Below are positions 30,197-41,142 of a stretch of DNA of 64,000 nucleotides, in pieces (position 1 is the first letter of the stretch; each line of letters starts with the position of its first letter). The stretch spans positions 32,001 through 96,000 of the forward strand of contig JAHPZA010000001.1 of NCBI GenBank assembly GCA_019058445.1, in the 5' to 3' direction. The notes below the pieces were generated by a model, which was not told the DNA's origin, did not search any database, and saw nothing but the letters and a program-made list of their open reading frames with translations. Source of the DNA: Promethearchaeota archaeon. Its GTDB lineage: Archaea; Asgardarchaeota; Lokiarchaeia; Sigyniarchaeales; SOKP01. The translations under genes and the position numbers were made by a program.

Positions 30197-31087
30197 ATGA
30201 AAATAATTCCGAAAATGGTTAATAGTCATGTGAACTTTCAAAATCTTGGAATTAGAGAAGATGAAATTGAAGATCTTAAGTATATGATCGAAAAACATGA
30301 GGAATTCAATGAAAATCTTGAGATTATTATAACTAAAAATTTAATACAAGATATAATTAAAGAAGATTTTAGAATTCGGGAAAAAATTCGTGAGAATATA
30401 AATTCTTTTCGCTTAGATATTGCTCTTGGGAGATCTATCTCTAAAGAAGAATTATATAGTGAATATCAAGATATAAAAATATGTTATTGTACACATAAAA
30501 ACAACTTTAATGCAACGATTCTCATAATTTTCCATGAATTATCTCATTTTAATGACTACTTTGATATTGATTATGATGATAAAAAGAAATGGATTAGTGG
30601 TACTATAAGTATATCAAAAAATTTACAATTATACGTAAAAACCATATTAAACGAATTTTATGCAGAATATAATGTTGTAAAATTAATCAATAACCTCTCG
30701 AGATATAAAAGATTTAAAAATGATTTAGAAAATCTGGCAAATTCTTTTCTTTATAATGCAAATAATCTTTATTTTGATAAATTAGTATACCAAAATAAGC
30801 TTTCAAATATGGAATTAATGAACCTTTATTTTGAAAAGGGTTTTAAAAACTTATTTCATTTTTTAGGTTTAATGCGAGGTTTCGATGATATCACAGAAGA
30901 TTTAAATTTACAGGATTCTTGGCAAGAATTTATTCAAAATAACAATCTTTTCAGTTCAAATTTTCTAAAATCTTTGAAGTCTGAATTATTTAAAAATTTT
31001 AATAAACAAAAGGAAATGATTGAAACCACTATACTCAATATGCTTAAAGAATATTTTAAGAGAAATCATAATATTGAATTTGGCTAA
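30197..31087 (+). CDS. Putative zinc metallopeptidase (HExxH)
   Basis: IIFHELSHF, with downstream NEFYAE as a candidate third-ligand helix. Confidence 0.55.
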   Translation: MKIIPKMVNSHVNFQNLGIREDEIEDLKYMIEKHEEFNENLEIIITKNLIQDIIKEDFRIREKIRENINSFRLDIALGRSISKEELYSEYQDIKICYCTHKNNFNATILIIFHELSHFNDYFDIDYDDKKKWISGTISISKNLQLYVKTILNEFYAEYNVVKLINNLSRYKRFKNDLENLANSFLYNANNLYFDKLVYQNKLSNMELMNLYFEKGFKNLFHFLGLMRGFDDITEDLNLQDSWQEFIQNNNLFSSNFLKSLKSELFKNFNKQKEMIETTILNMLKEYFKRNHNIEFG

Positions 31088-31472
31088 AAAACATATAGAT
31101 TATTGAGTAAAATATAATTAATTAATATCATGGAAGATTGAATGAACATTTAGATATACAACAATATTTCTTTTTAGGTAATATCTTCCTTTCTTTGCGA
31201 TTTTTCAATATCTAAAACAAAATTATTATCTTTTTTTATACTCATATTATTCATAATATCAACAGGGAGAAAAGCAAATAGTATTTTTTATAGTCAATAA
31301 GTAATTGAACAAGTCTAAACACAATTAATAAGTAATATAGGAATATACAAGGTTTTGTTTCTTTAAAATAACAATTATTGCATAATTATTATGTAATATT
31401 TAAATTTTTAAAACAACATACTATTAGCCCCACAAATAGATAAATCCAACTTAAATATAACAGCTTATATTC

Positions 31473-31649
31473 ATGAACGGTTACCGATGTCCACGCTGTA
31501 AAAATACCGAAATTATTGATTATGGAAATAGGTTTGACTGTCCGTTATGTGAGCTTGAATTTGAGGAAAAAGATACTGATGAGTTTAAGAATGAGGGTGT
31601 ATCCTTGCAATTAAAGAAAAGTTACGATTATAAAAGAACTAAAGAATGA
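31473..31649 (+). CDS. Small zinc-ribbon protein (58 aa; not in the ORF track)
   Basis: Hand translation MNGYRCPRCKNTEIIDYGNRFDCPLCELEFEE...; two CxxC motifs. Confidence 0.6.
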   Translation: MNGYRCPRCKNTEIIDYGNRFDCPLCELEFEEKDTDEFKNEGVSLQLKKSYDYKRTKE

Positions 31650-31797
31650 AAATTGATTTAATAAGAAACATTCGATATCAAAATTATTGTATTTTTTAGG
31701 TAAATTTATTGAAGTTTCCAAAAGTTATAATCAATTGCAAATTTTTTTTAAAAATTTCAAATCTTAGTTCATTATTCATTCTCATGGATATAGAGAG

Positions 31798-32562
31798 TTA
31801 CCATTTAATTCTTAAAATCTTAAAGTCTCTTTCTCTTATAATAATACATTCAGAATTTTGTTCTTCATCATAAAATACATTTACCCCTGAAGATCCCTCT
31901 GGAAGCAAGTAAAAATTTTCTGTCTTTCGTTCCCCTCTATAATGGACTTCATAGATATAGTTTCTAGTTTTATTTTGAACATCTGGTCTTATTCTATCCC
32001 CGTTTTTGAGTATTAAAATATTACTATTCCCTGATTTTGCCATATTAATATCGGATGAAATTCTATCATCAGGAAACATTTTTTGATTCCAAAAATGAAC
32101 TAATAAAATAAATTTCAGATGAGGGTTTTTTTCTAAGTCTAATTTAGCCATTTTATCAATATTTTTTAAATAAACTTCTCGATAATATGAATTTGCAGGA
32201 AAATATTTGATTTCTTCAGACGACCATATCAATTGAACAATATTATGACTTTTTTCCTTTATAACTAAAGTAAAAGGACAGATATATTCATTGTAAAAAA
32301 CATTAATTCCTTGCCATCCAACTGGAAGATTTCTGAATTCCTCTTCTTTTCGCACTCCCGAATAGTGAATTTCGTACAATTTCTTCTCAGATTTATTCCA
32401 AATATCTGGTTCATAATTGTTTCCATTAGTTAATGTTAAGTGAGGAGGATATTTTTGAAAATAAGTTCGTACATCATCCTTCGGATGCTTCTCTTTCAAC
32501 CATTGAGCAACTTTTAATGTATAGAAAGCATGAGGATCATCATCAAATCTAATCTCATTCAT
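31798..32562 (-). CDS. Internally duplicated PD-(D/E)xK-like nuclease
   Basis: Two repeats: EPDIWNK..KKLYEIHYSG.RK...LP.G..GINVFY and RPDVQNK..NYIYEVHYRG.RK...LP.G..GVNVFY. Confidence 0.6.
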   Translation of the reverse strand: MNEIRFDDDPHAFYTLKVAQWLKEKHPKDDVRTYFQKYPPHLTLTNGNNYEPDIWNKSEKKLYEIHYSGVRKEEEFRNLPVGWQGINVFYNEYICPFTLVIKEKSHNIVQLIWSSEEIKYFPANSYYREVYLKNIDKMAKLDLEKNPHLKFILLVHFWNQKMFPDDRISSDINMAKSGNSNILILKNGDRIRPDVQNKTRNYIYEVHYRGERKTENFYLLPEGSSGVNVFYDEEQNSECIIIRERDFKILRIKW

Positions 32563-32821
32563 AGTGTTTTAAATAAAAATGAATTTACTTAATATATAGT
32601 ATCATTTTGAACTATTAAAACACTTATAAATTGCAAAATTATTATCACTTTGGTATAATAAATTTGTTAATGGAGGAGAATACTATAAAAAGTAATGTGC
32701 AATCTTCAATACTTAGAAATCCAATAGTGATTGCAGCATTTATTTAATCAACAATTTTTCTGTTCTTTGAGATTTTGATTATAAGACCGTTATCTTTTTC
32801 TATACTTTAGTATATATATTT

Positions 32822-34291
32822 TTAAGAATTAGGTATATATTTCAAAATATCTTCAATATAAGTTTTACATGGTTCAAAGTCTTCTTCAATAAATCTATTA
32901 TGGGCAAGATCATTTCTAATATTTGTTAACTTTTCAAAGGGTGCTTGAAATCTATATTTTTGATTAAAAAATTTTCTAAAGATGTTATTCCAATTCTTTC
33001 TATATAAAATTATATCGGAATAATTCATAAATGTGAGAAAATCTATTACTTGATATGTTCTTTTAGGTTCAATTATTTCTTTTTTTGATTTTAGGTCTTC
33101 TGCATCTTTTCGTATATCTTTTTGGATACCTTGATCCCACCAATCGTCACCATAATGTTTTTTTAATTGATTTTTAATAAATTGTCGAATTGTCAATTCA
33201 AAATCACTAATTAGATTATTAATTGTGTTCTTTTTTTCTCTTATATCTGTTATATTAACTCTAATATCTTTATACTCCTTTAAATAGTCTTTAGTTTCAT
33301 TTATGATACTTTCTGACTTTAATACAATTTCTTTTTTTAATTTAGTCAAAATAGTTGAATAATTATAGAAAACGTCATAATATTCAAATTCTTCATTATC
33401 AGAATTGATAATTTCAATAAACTTTAAATAACTGTTTATAATTTTAATAAGGTCAAATCTACCTCCCGCTTTAAATTGCTTATATAAAGACTTAAGCTTA
33501 AATCCATACTCAGATTTTTTTAATACCTTAAGGATATTTAAAGAATATAGATTCTGGATGTTAATGATTTCTATTTTTATCTCTTTTTGAAGATCTTCAT
33601 AATTAATGGATTCTGGATTATCTAAAATTGAGATAATACTATCATGTCTATCTTCAATATCATTATAAGCTTCTCTGATAATCTCATCAATTGTTAATTT
33701 TAATCGATTAATATATAGTTCTGTAATGTTAAATAATAAGAACCATGCTATGCAAAATATATAATATTTTAAAAAAGGATTTAAGAGGAATTCTAAAATT
33801 AAATCAGTATTTTTTTCAACATAAATCATTGAAAAATTTAATATAACTATTTCTATTAATATTAAAATGTAATATACTAATAGAAATATGCTAAGAATAT
33901 AGCCGCTAAATTTTATTCCATCAAAAATTCTAGCTTTAGAAAACCATGACTTACAACTCTCTAAAGAATTTTTATCGTCTAGTGTATTTCCAGAAAAAAG
34001 TATTTTTACTTCTCTATAGAATTTTTCATTATAATTTTTAACATTCTTTTTCCAAGGAAACTTAAATCTTATACCTATTATTACTAAAGGCCCTATAAAT
34101 GATAATGTAAATATGAGAAGAATTGTTACAAAAATTAAAAAATCTAAAGAATAATATAAAGAAGATAAAAATATGGCAGTAATAATATAATATATCCCTA
34201 ATACTTTTTCAAAAAATTTACCTTCTTTGATTTTTTTTCTACAGAATTCTATAAATTTCTCTTTATTAAATTCTTTCATTTTAATATTCAT
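32822..34291 (-). CDS. 4-TM membrane protein with C-terminal Swt1-like HEPN domain
   Basis: Four hydrophobic helices; FELTIRQFI...YGDDWW...DFLTF..Y..II...NW..IF...IRNDLAHNR. Confidence 0.75.
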   Translation of the reverse strand: MNIKMKEFNKEKFIEFCRKKIKEGKFFEKVLGIYYIITAIFLSSLYYSLDFLIFVTILLIFTLSFIGPLVIIGIRFKFPWKKNVKNYNEKFYREVKILFSGNTLDDKNSLESCKSWFSKARIFDGIKFSGYILSIFLLVYYILILIEIVILNFSMIYVEKNTDLILEFLLNPFLKYYIFCIAWFLLFNITELYINRLKLTIDEIIREAYNDIEDRHDSIISILDNPESINYEDLQKEIKIEIINIQNLYSLNILKVLKKSEYGFKLKSLYKQFKAGGRFDLIKIINSYLKFIEIINSDNEEFEYYDVFYNYSTILTKLKKEIVLKSESIINETKDYLKEYKDIRVNITDIREKKNTINNLISDFELTIRQFIKNQLKKHYGDDWWDQGIQKDIRKDAEDLKSKKEIIEPKRTYQVIDFLTFMNYSDIILYRKNWNNIFRKFFNQKYRFQAPFEKLTNIRNDLAHNRFIEEDFEPCKTYIEDILKYIPNS

Positions 34292-34482
34292 TGAATTTGT
34301 TTTCTAATATTATCTAAATTAAAATAACGAACATCTGAAAAATCAAACTGAAAAAACCTAAAAGAATGTAGGTTTTCAAATTTCTTCATAATAATCCTGA
34401 GATTTTTTTGCTTAATTTAAAACTAGCTAGTAAAAATATTAAATATCATTATTAAAGTATTAATCTACAAGAATAATGTAAA

Positions 34483-34504
34483 ATTTGGATTTCCAAATCC
34501 AAAT
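34483..34504. promoter_or_regulatory. Perfect palindrome ATTTGGATTT-CC-AAATCCAAAT, putative operator
   Basis: 10-bp arms in a divergent intergenic region. The core GGATTT-N2-AAATCC recurs at 40842-40855. Confidence 0.4.
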
Positions 34505-34703
34505 ATTATCATTATTAATAATTAACTATTTAATCAGTTTAAAAAATATTATAAAAAATTGGAAAAATAATCAGTTATAGATATATGAATTTTCTATATT
34601 CTTACTTTAATAATTTTTCAATTTGATATTATTCAAATTTAATAATGCAAATTATTTATTAGATAGTAGAAAATAAAAAGATAATCCATATTTGATTATT
34701 ATT

Positions 34704-35960
34704 ATGAGTAAAAACAATTCTTGCTATTGGTCTAAATCAAGAAATTGTAATAGGATTTCTTTCAAAGAGATTAAAGATATATTTATCATAGGTTCATGTG
34801 ATGAGGACAGAGAAGAATATATCGATATAATTAAGAAAATTATTCAAGAAATCGGATTATATCCTATTTTTGCAGAAGATTTAAAAGAAAATAATAATTT
34901 AGACGCATTTTGCGATAATATATGTAGTCATATAATCAGTTCAAGATTAATTATTAATGATATATCGGCTCCAATAAGAGAAATATGTAAAAAATGTGGT
35001 ACAACCGATTTTTTTCCAAGTTTAAATGTCTATTGGGAATATGGATATGCAGCAGGATTGGGGAAACCACAGATTGTTATTTGTGATCAAGAACAAATTA
35101 ATAAAATACCATTTGATGTTGCAGGAAAGCAAATTCAACCTTATACGAAAGAAACATTAGAAGAAATCTTAAAACCGTTAATTGAAAATGAATTGAAAAA
35201 TCCAATTCCAAAATCCAGATTCCAAGTATATTATTCTGATTCTGAAAGAAAGGAGATATCTGCTCAAGAAGTTGAAAATATTAAGCAAGAATTAAGAACA
35301 AGTATTTCTCAGAATGATTTAAAACTTATTTTTACCTTTTTTCCGAAATTTGAAGAACCAAATCTATTTCCCTTAGATAATGAAATGATTGAATTTTTAA
35401 AATTAAATTTACCAAGACGTGTTGATAAGAAATATCCTGTATTTAGAGGATTTTCGAATTTCGCTTTAAAGCCTACATATATCTCATATATTTCTGATTA
35501 TATATGGTTTGGAAATAATATTATTATAAATAGTGATGGAATTATTGGTTATGGGATATATGTTAATGGAGATAAAGCTTTGATTTATGGAAAAATTAAA
35601 ATGTTTCCCTTCCATGAAATTTTGAATTGCTTTCTTGCAATTTTAGGGTATATACAAAGGATATTTGAAAAAGAACAATATGATGATAATATTAATTTAT
35701 CCATGGATATAGAAAACATTTCAACTTATCGTTATACTGTTGGTAATTTAGAAACGTCTGCGGCAATTTATAATGAAAATATTGGCAAATTTAATGGTAA
35801 TGGTATAAGGCCAATAAAGAGAGAGATAAATCTTTTAGAGTTAAAGAATCCAAATTATAAAATTAAAATCTCTAAATTCTTTTTCAATTCAATCCTAAGA
35901 GGATTTGGCAAAACTGATTCAGATAAATATGAAGAATTTCTAAAAAAAATGCAAGATTAA
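34704..35960 (+). CDS. Nucleoside 2-deoxyribosyltransferase/TIR-like domain protein
   Basis: IFIIG, I...I.SS.LII.DIS, SLNVYWEYGYAAGLGKPQIVI, IPFDV; a CKKC insert. Confidence 0.7.
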   Translation: MSKNNSCYWSKSRNCNRISFKEIKDIFIIGSCDEDREEYIDIIKKIIQEIGLYPIFAEDLKENNNLDAFCDNICSHIISSRLIINDISAPIREICKKCGTTDFFPSLNVYWEYGYAAGLGKPQIVICDQEQINKIPFDVAGKQIQPYTKETLEEILKPLIENELKNPIPKSRFQVYYSDSERKEISAQEVENIKQELRTSISQNDLKLIFTFFPKFEEPNLFPLDNEMIEFLKLNLPRRVDKKYPVFRGFSNFALKPTYISYISDYIWFGNNIIINSDGIIGYGIYVNGDKALIYGKIKMFPFHEILNCFLAILGYIQRIFEKEQYDDNINLSMDIENISTYRYTVGNLETSAAIYNENIGKFNGNGIRPIKREINLLELKNPNYKIKISKFFFNSILRGFGKTDSDKYEEFLKKMQD

Positions 35961-36194
35961 CTTGATTATTATTTAAAGTGTTTTACAATTAATCTATGAA
36001 TATAGCATATTTTTGATCTTATTGATATTATATTTAATTTAATTAAAAAATATGAACATTTCTTTAAGTTTCTAATTTTTGAGTCTTCGTTAAATGAACA
36101 AATTATCGATATTTTAGGAATCATTAAATAATTGTTCAATGTATCTATAATTAATCATTAAATAATTGATTAATAAAGAATAGTTGAATAAATT

Positions 36195-36656
36195 ATGAAT
36201 ACATTTGAAGATATAGAAAACAGAATAAATAGTATGATAGCTAAATTTGAACTCTACAAAACACATATAAGAAGTGAAATCAATAAAAATGAAAATTATT
36301 TGAGAATTAATTCCAAACTGATTAATTTAAATCAAGAAACTTTAGGATATTTCATAAATTCAAAAGATAAGAAAAAAACTGCTCGAGACCTTAAAAAGTT
36401 AAGAAGTGAAAGAAATGTATTACTAAAATTTTATGATAAATTTAAGCATTTTTATAATAAATTTTCAATACATTTCAATCATGTTATTCTAATATCACGA
36501 ATTAGTGCTTTAATTCTACAAAATGAGAAAATTTATAATCCCTTTTTCAAAGAAATTCTTGATAAAATTGATATAAAATTGAGTTTAATTTTAAAGAAAT
36601 TTTTTAAATTGAAAAATAAAGTAAAGAGATTTCATAATAATGTAAAAGATCAATAA
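36195..36656 (+). CDS. Hypothetical protein
   Basis: 153-aa basic helical ORF; no motif recognised. Confidence 0.4.
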   Translation: MNTFEDIENRINSMIAKFELYKTHIRSEINKNENYLRINSKLINLNQETLGYFINSKDKKKTARDLKKLRSERNVLLKFYDKFKHFYNKFSIHFNHVILISRISALILQNEKIYNPFFKEILDKIDIKLSLILKKFFKLKNKVKRFHNNVKDQ

Positions 36657-36701
36657 AAATTTTTAAGAAATAATAATAATTTGACTAAGCAGATTTCATT
36701 C

Positions 36702-39173
36702 TTAAGGTTTATTTACTTCTGATAAATCAATTTTCCATTTTTTCATTGATTTATCATAAAAAATTTTGTTCTTTTTTTTCATTACTTCAAAGATATCTTT
36801 TAAACCATATTTTATTATCTCTTTTTTTGTAGCGGGTAAAATTTTTATTAATTTTCCAAATTCAGCTTTAGAATCTGTTATTTCTTTTATTTGATCTGAA
36901 TCATCTTCAGGTAGTTTTTCATTATCTCCCAAATTTGATAAAAATTTTAATATTAAATTAGGATTTGAAAGAATATTTGAGATTAATAACAAATCTGCTC
37001 CAATTTTATACCCAAATACACCCCAACTTCCTTCTCGCAAATCGATTGATTTTGAAAAGAAATCATTTCCTCTATACAATCCATTAATAATGTTTATTTT
37101 TTCGAGATAAACAGTTCTAATTAGATCAATATTTTTCAGTAAAAGTTTATTATTCAATTTTATGTTCTCATTATCAAGTGTCGTATAGGCAAGACATACT
37201 CCGAAATAACACAAGATACCAAAGTCTGTGTCTAAAAACTCAAAAAAAATATCTTCTATTTCAGAGTTTTGCCTTTTTAAAGTTTTTAAATAACCAAAAA
37301 AAATGGAAAGTGCTAATAAATGTTCAAAAATTATTTTTTTTTCGGTATATTTTCCAAATTCCTTGCCTAATTTCAAGATTTCATTGAATAAAATATTTGA
37401 AATAAGAATCCTAAAATCGTTTAAATCTAATTGATCAGTAGAGGATAATCCATCAAAATATAATTTAAAATCAATAATTACTCGGTTAAGTTGATCTAAA
37501 AAAGGTTCAAAGATTGATTCTCTTTTTTTTTCCTGTATTCGAATAATATGATTCCTATACAGCTTAATCAAAAAATCAGTCAATACCTTCGACCAATTTA
37601 ATAAGGATGGGTTAATTTTTGCATCCATGATAAAGGCTTCTTCACTAAGATAAATTTTTTTCCCATTCTCAATTTTGAAATCTCCTTCTTTTAATTTTGA
37701 GGGATTATAATAGGGATTTTTAAGATTTTTCGAAGTTAATATATTTGGAAATATTTCCTCAAAAACACTAAAAAAAATAGGATATCCATGCCATACATCA
37801 TAAACAGTTAACATGAGTTTTTTATAAGAATCAAATAAATTAAATTTTAATTCGAGAGGGAAATTCAATTTTATTAATTCTTTTATTCTATATAATTGAA
37901 CTCCTTTTATTACTAAATCATGAGTAGAATGTGATGCGATGATTGAGCCCATGGATTGTATTATTCTCACCAAAGGATTTCCATAATAATTTTCTGATTT
38001 CTCTAATATGACTGAGATTCTTTCTGCTATAATTTGAAATATTCTATTTGTTTTATCAAATAAGTTGGTAGCTTGTTTCGAATCAATTTCTTGATATCCA
38101 ATATCTTTAAATAAAAAAATTAATCCCTCAATAGAATAAGCCATAGAGAGATCAAAATACGGAGATTCGAGTGCACAAATTATATAACCTTCTAAAAAGT
38201 CAAGGATGCAAGATTCAAATGAAGGATTTTTCTCTAAAATTAAATTAATTTTGACTTGTACATTATCCCTTACAAATTCTCGATTTATATAAGGAGGAAC
38301 TGCAAGTCTTCCTAGATTTTTAAAGATATCTGGATCAGCGTATTCAGAAGATAATCTTATTTCCACTAATATGTTTAAAGCATCAATATTTATTTTTTCG
38401 AAATAAGAATTAAATAATTTGGTTGTTTTATTTAATTTCATAGATGGGAGTGCTTCTTTAGTATATTCAATTAAATTTCTTTTGGTTTTTTCTTCGAAAT
38501 CTCTATCTTCTTTATCAACTTTTGGGATAAAATTAGGTAAATCTAATTTAAATTTACTCTTTTTATATTCCTTATTAAAAACGCCATTGATAACCTTTAT
38601 TCTTTTTTCAAAAAAATCTAATGCTTTTATTGTAGTTGTACCCGATTTTAATAAAGGAAGGATTAGACAACCAAGTGTCATTATAATTAATAGAATGAGA
38701 GGAATTAAGATAATTAAAATTTGAATAATGAAATGTAGTTTTAATTGATATATGGAAAGAAATACTATAAAGATTATTTCAATTATATAAATAATTGAGA
38801 AATAAATTATATATCTCACAATATTTATAGATTCTTGAATATAATTACTGACAGTCGTACTTTTAGTAAATTTTAAAATTAATGCATAAATCGAAATTGA
38901 AAGAGTGAAAAATCCAAAAGTCCAGCTAATCAGAGAAATACTTATCGAAATTTCATGATTATCTTCAAATATATTTGAGTTAATAATCAGAAATCCTAGT
39001 AAAATTGAGATTATTGAGATTAAGAGTATATAGAACTTAATATCTTTAAAGAATGGTTTTTTAATTTGAAAATTTTTCTTATTCCCACTTTTAACAAAAT
39101 TTATTTTTAGTTTTTCCTTGGTTTTAGTAAAACTTTGAATTAATTTAGCTTTAATATTCATTTTTATTCCCAT
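36702..39173 (-). CDS. Large protein with four N-terminal TM helices and a helical soluble domain
   Basis: 823-aa ORF; hydrophobic segments in about aa 45-175. Confidence 0.55.
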   Translation of the reverse strand: MGIKMNIKAKLIQSFTKTKEKLKINFVKSGNKKNFQIKKPFFKDIKFYILLISIISILLGFLIINSNIFEDNHEISISISLISWTFGFFTLSISIYALILKFTKSTTVSNYIQESINIVRYIIYFSIIYIIEIIFIVFLSIYQLKLHFIIQILIILIPLILLIIMTLGCLILPLLKSGTTTIKALDFFEKRIKVINGVFNKEYKKSKFKLDLPNFIPKVDKEDRDFEEKTKRNLIEYTKEALPSMKLNKTTKLFNSYFEKINIDALNILVEIRLSSEYADPDIFKNLGRLAVPPYINREFVRDNVQVKINLILEKNPSFESCILDFLEGYIICALESPYFDLSMAYSIEGLIFLFKDIGYQEIDSKQATNLFDKTNRIFQIIAERISVILEKSENYYGNPLVRIIQSMGSIIASHSTHDLVIKGVQLYRIKELIKLNFPLELKFNLFDSYKKLMLTVYDVWHGYPIFFSVFEEIFPNILTSKNLKNPYYNPSKLKEGDFKIENGKKIYLSEEAFIMDAKINPSLLNWSKVLTDFLIKLYRNHIIRIQEKKRESIFEPFLDQLNRVIIDFKLYFDGLSSTDQLDLNDFRILISNILFNEILKLGKEFGKYTEKKIIFEHLLALSIFFGYLKTLKRQNSEIEDIFFEFLDTDFGILCYFGVCLAYTTLDNENIKLNNKLLLKNIDLIRTVYLEKINIINGLYRGNDFFSKSIDLREGSWGVFGYKIGADLLLISNILSNPNLILKFLSNLGDNEKLPEDDSDQIKEITDSKAEFGKLIKILPATKKEIIKYGLKDIFEVMKKKNKIFYDKSMKKWKIDLSEVNKP

Positions 39174-39744
39174 AAGTTTATATCTTTAGGTTTAAGTCTT
39201 TAATTATAAATTGTATATTATATTATAAGAAATAGACTTCTGCAAATTTGTAATTTTTGAATATCTTGTAACCATTTATTATATTAAAATTCATTAATAA
39301 TCCTTTAATGTTTTTTAAAGAAACAATGTGTAAAGTAATAATTTATTTTCCCTCCTATATAAAATGGTAATAATATAATATGTGAATCTATAGAAGTAAA
39401 ATAAATAAACTTAAAATATTGATAAAAATGAAAAAATGTGAGTTTAGCTAATATGTTCTGATTCAAAAATAAAGTTCGGAAAGATCAACCAAAAAGTTCT
39501 CATATCAATTTTAACCATTTAAATCACTTATTTTTAAAACACTACAATTTATAATCTAATTTTTAATCATTTTTGTCTTATTTCATAATAAAAAAAATAG
39601 TAATATATTATTTTACTCAATAACGTTTGCGATTTTTATTTAGAAAAAAATAATAACAATCTTGTTAATTATTAATTAAATCTTTAAGTCGAATATAAAT
39701 ATTCTAAAAAAATAAAAATTATAAAATAAAGTTTGGTGTTATAA

Positions 39745-40521
39745 TTGAATCCTGAAAAAGCTCTGAAAATTCTTACCGAATTAATAGAAGAAATAAAAAA
39801 TACTAATTATGATCAAAGGAAAAGCGTAATAGAAAAAGCAAAAATGACAGTTAGAAAAATTTTTGGAAGTAATTCTATTAATTTTAAAGAATTTAAGGAA
39901 ATTAAATATGGATTAAGGTTCCTCACTTCTAATACGCCTAAACAGAGGTTTTATGAATATTGGGAAAAAACTGATAAAAAAAATATGATTTCTAAACTAT
40001 CTGCATACATTGATGAATTAGAATTAGATATTGATGATGATATTGTAAAACCTACAGAGATTGAGCAATTATCAGATCAAATTTTTATTGTACATGGAAG
40101 AGATGAAGAAATTAAGGAAGCTGTAAAAAATGTTCTAATTAAACTTGATTTAGAACCCATTATTTTACATGAACAAGCTAATAAAGGACGAACCATACTT
40201 GAAAAATTTGAAGATTATTCGAATGTAAGTTATACGATTATATTGTTAACTCCAGACGATAAAGGATGTTTAAAAAATGAATCATCTTTAAAAGAAAGAG
40301 CAAGACAAAATGTAGTATTTGAATTTGGATTTTTTGTTGGAAAATTAAGAAGGGATCATGTTTTTATTTTATATAAAGAGTCAGAATCATTTGAAAAGCC
40401 ATCAGATATAGATGGATTAATTTATTGTAATTACGATGAAAATGGAGCATGGAAAATGAAGTTAGTTAAAGAAATGAATGCTATTGGTTATCAAATAGAT
40501 GCGAATAAATTAATATCTTAA
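39745..40521 (+). CDS. TIR-like nucleotide-binding protein (Cap12/Pycsar-type TIR)
   Basis: IFIVHGRD, PIILHEQ...GRTI.EKFE, LLTPDD, RARQNVVFEFGFFVGKL (catalytic E), PSDIDG. Confidence 0.88.
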   Translation: MNPEKALKILTELIEEIKNTNYDQRKSVIEKAKMTVRKIFGSNSINFKEFKEIKYGLRFLTSNTPKQRFYEYWEKTDKKNMISKLSAYIDELELDIDDDIVKPTEIEQLSDQIFIVHGRDEEIKEAVKNVLIKLDLEPIILHEQANKGRTILEKFEDYSNVSYTIILLTPDDKGCLKNESSLKERARQNVVFEFGFFVGKLRRDHVFILYKESESFEKPSDIDGLIYCNYDENGAWKMKLVKEMNAIGYQIDANKLIS

Positions 40522-40614
40522 TCTACTTTTCGTTTATATTCCTACAAATCATTTTCAGGAAAATTTAGTAAATTTTCATATTTTTTGATGATTTTTATAG
40601 ATTTTTTTTGTATA

Positions 40615-40832
40615 TTTAAAAAGGGCGACTCCTTGCCACGCAACCTCAATACGAGGTCAAAAATCAAATAGGGGGAGGAGGGCAAAATCAAAGTGTATAA
40701 AAATACACTAACCAAAAGACAAAAATCCAGGTGTGGCAGGAGTCATAGTTTTTGGTCTAATAATAATAGTCTACAGTAGTATTTATATACTCTTAGGTGA
40801 AAATATTAAATAGATTGGCAATAATCATCAGG
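40615..40832. repeat. ~220-bp direct repeat, copy 2
   Basis: Matches 23278-23500. Confidence 0.92.
40618..40758 (-). ncRNA. Candidate ~140-nt structured small RNA, copy 2
   Basis: Same stems as copy 1. Differences fall in loops or linkers, or change U-G to C-G. A TATATAAA box lies upstream on the minus strand. Confidence 0.6.
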
Positions 40833-41142
40833 TGCAACATTGGATTTCAAAATCCGTGTTAGATATTCTTATACCATCTAGCATTGACATCTTCTGAAAA
40901 ATTTTTCCTGATAATAAGACCATGCATAGCTTTTAAACATTAAGAAAAAATAGGAAATAATCAATAAAGATTTACAATAGTAATATATGAATTGAATCTT
41001 TTGATCCGAGAATGAATTAAAGAGAAAATACATTTAGGATATATACTAAATGATAAAGAGATGAAAATATTCTAAATCTTGACAGACTCTTATTTTATAT
41101 TTATAAATTAATATAATAACAGAGTAACAAATACTTTCAAAT

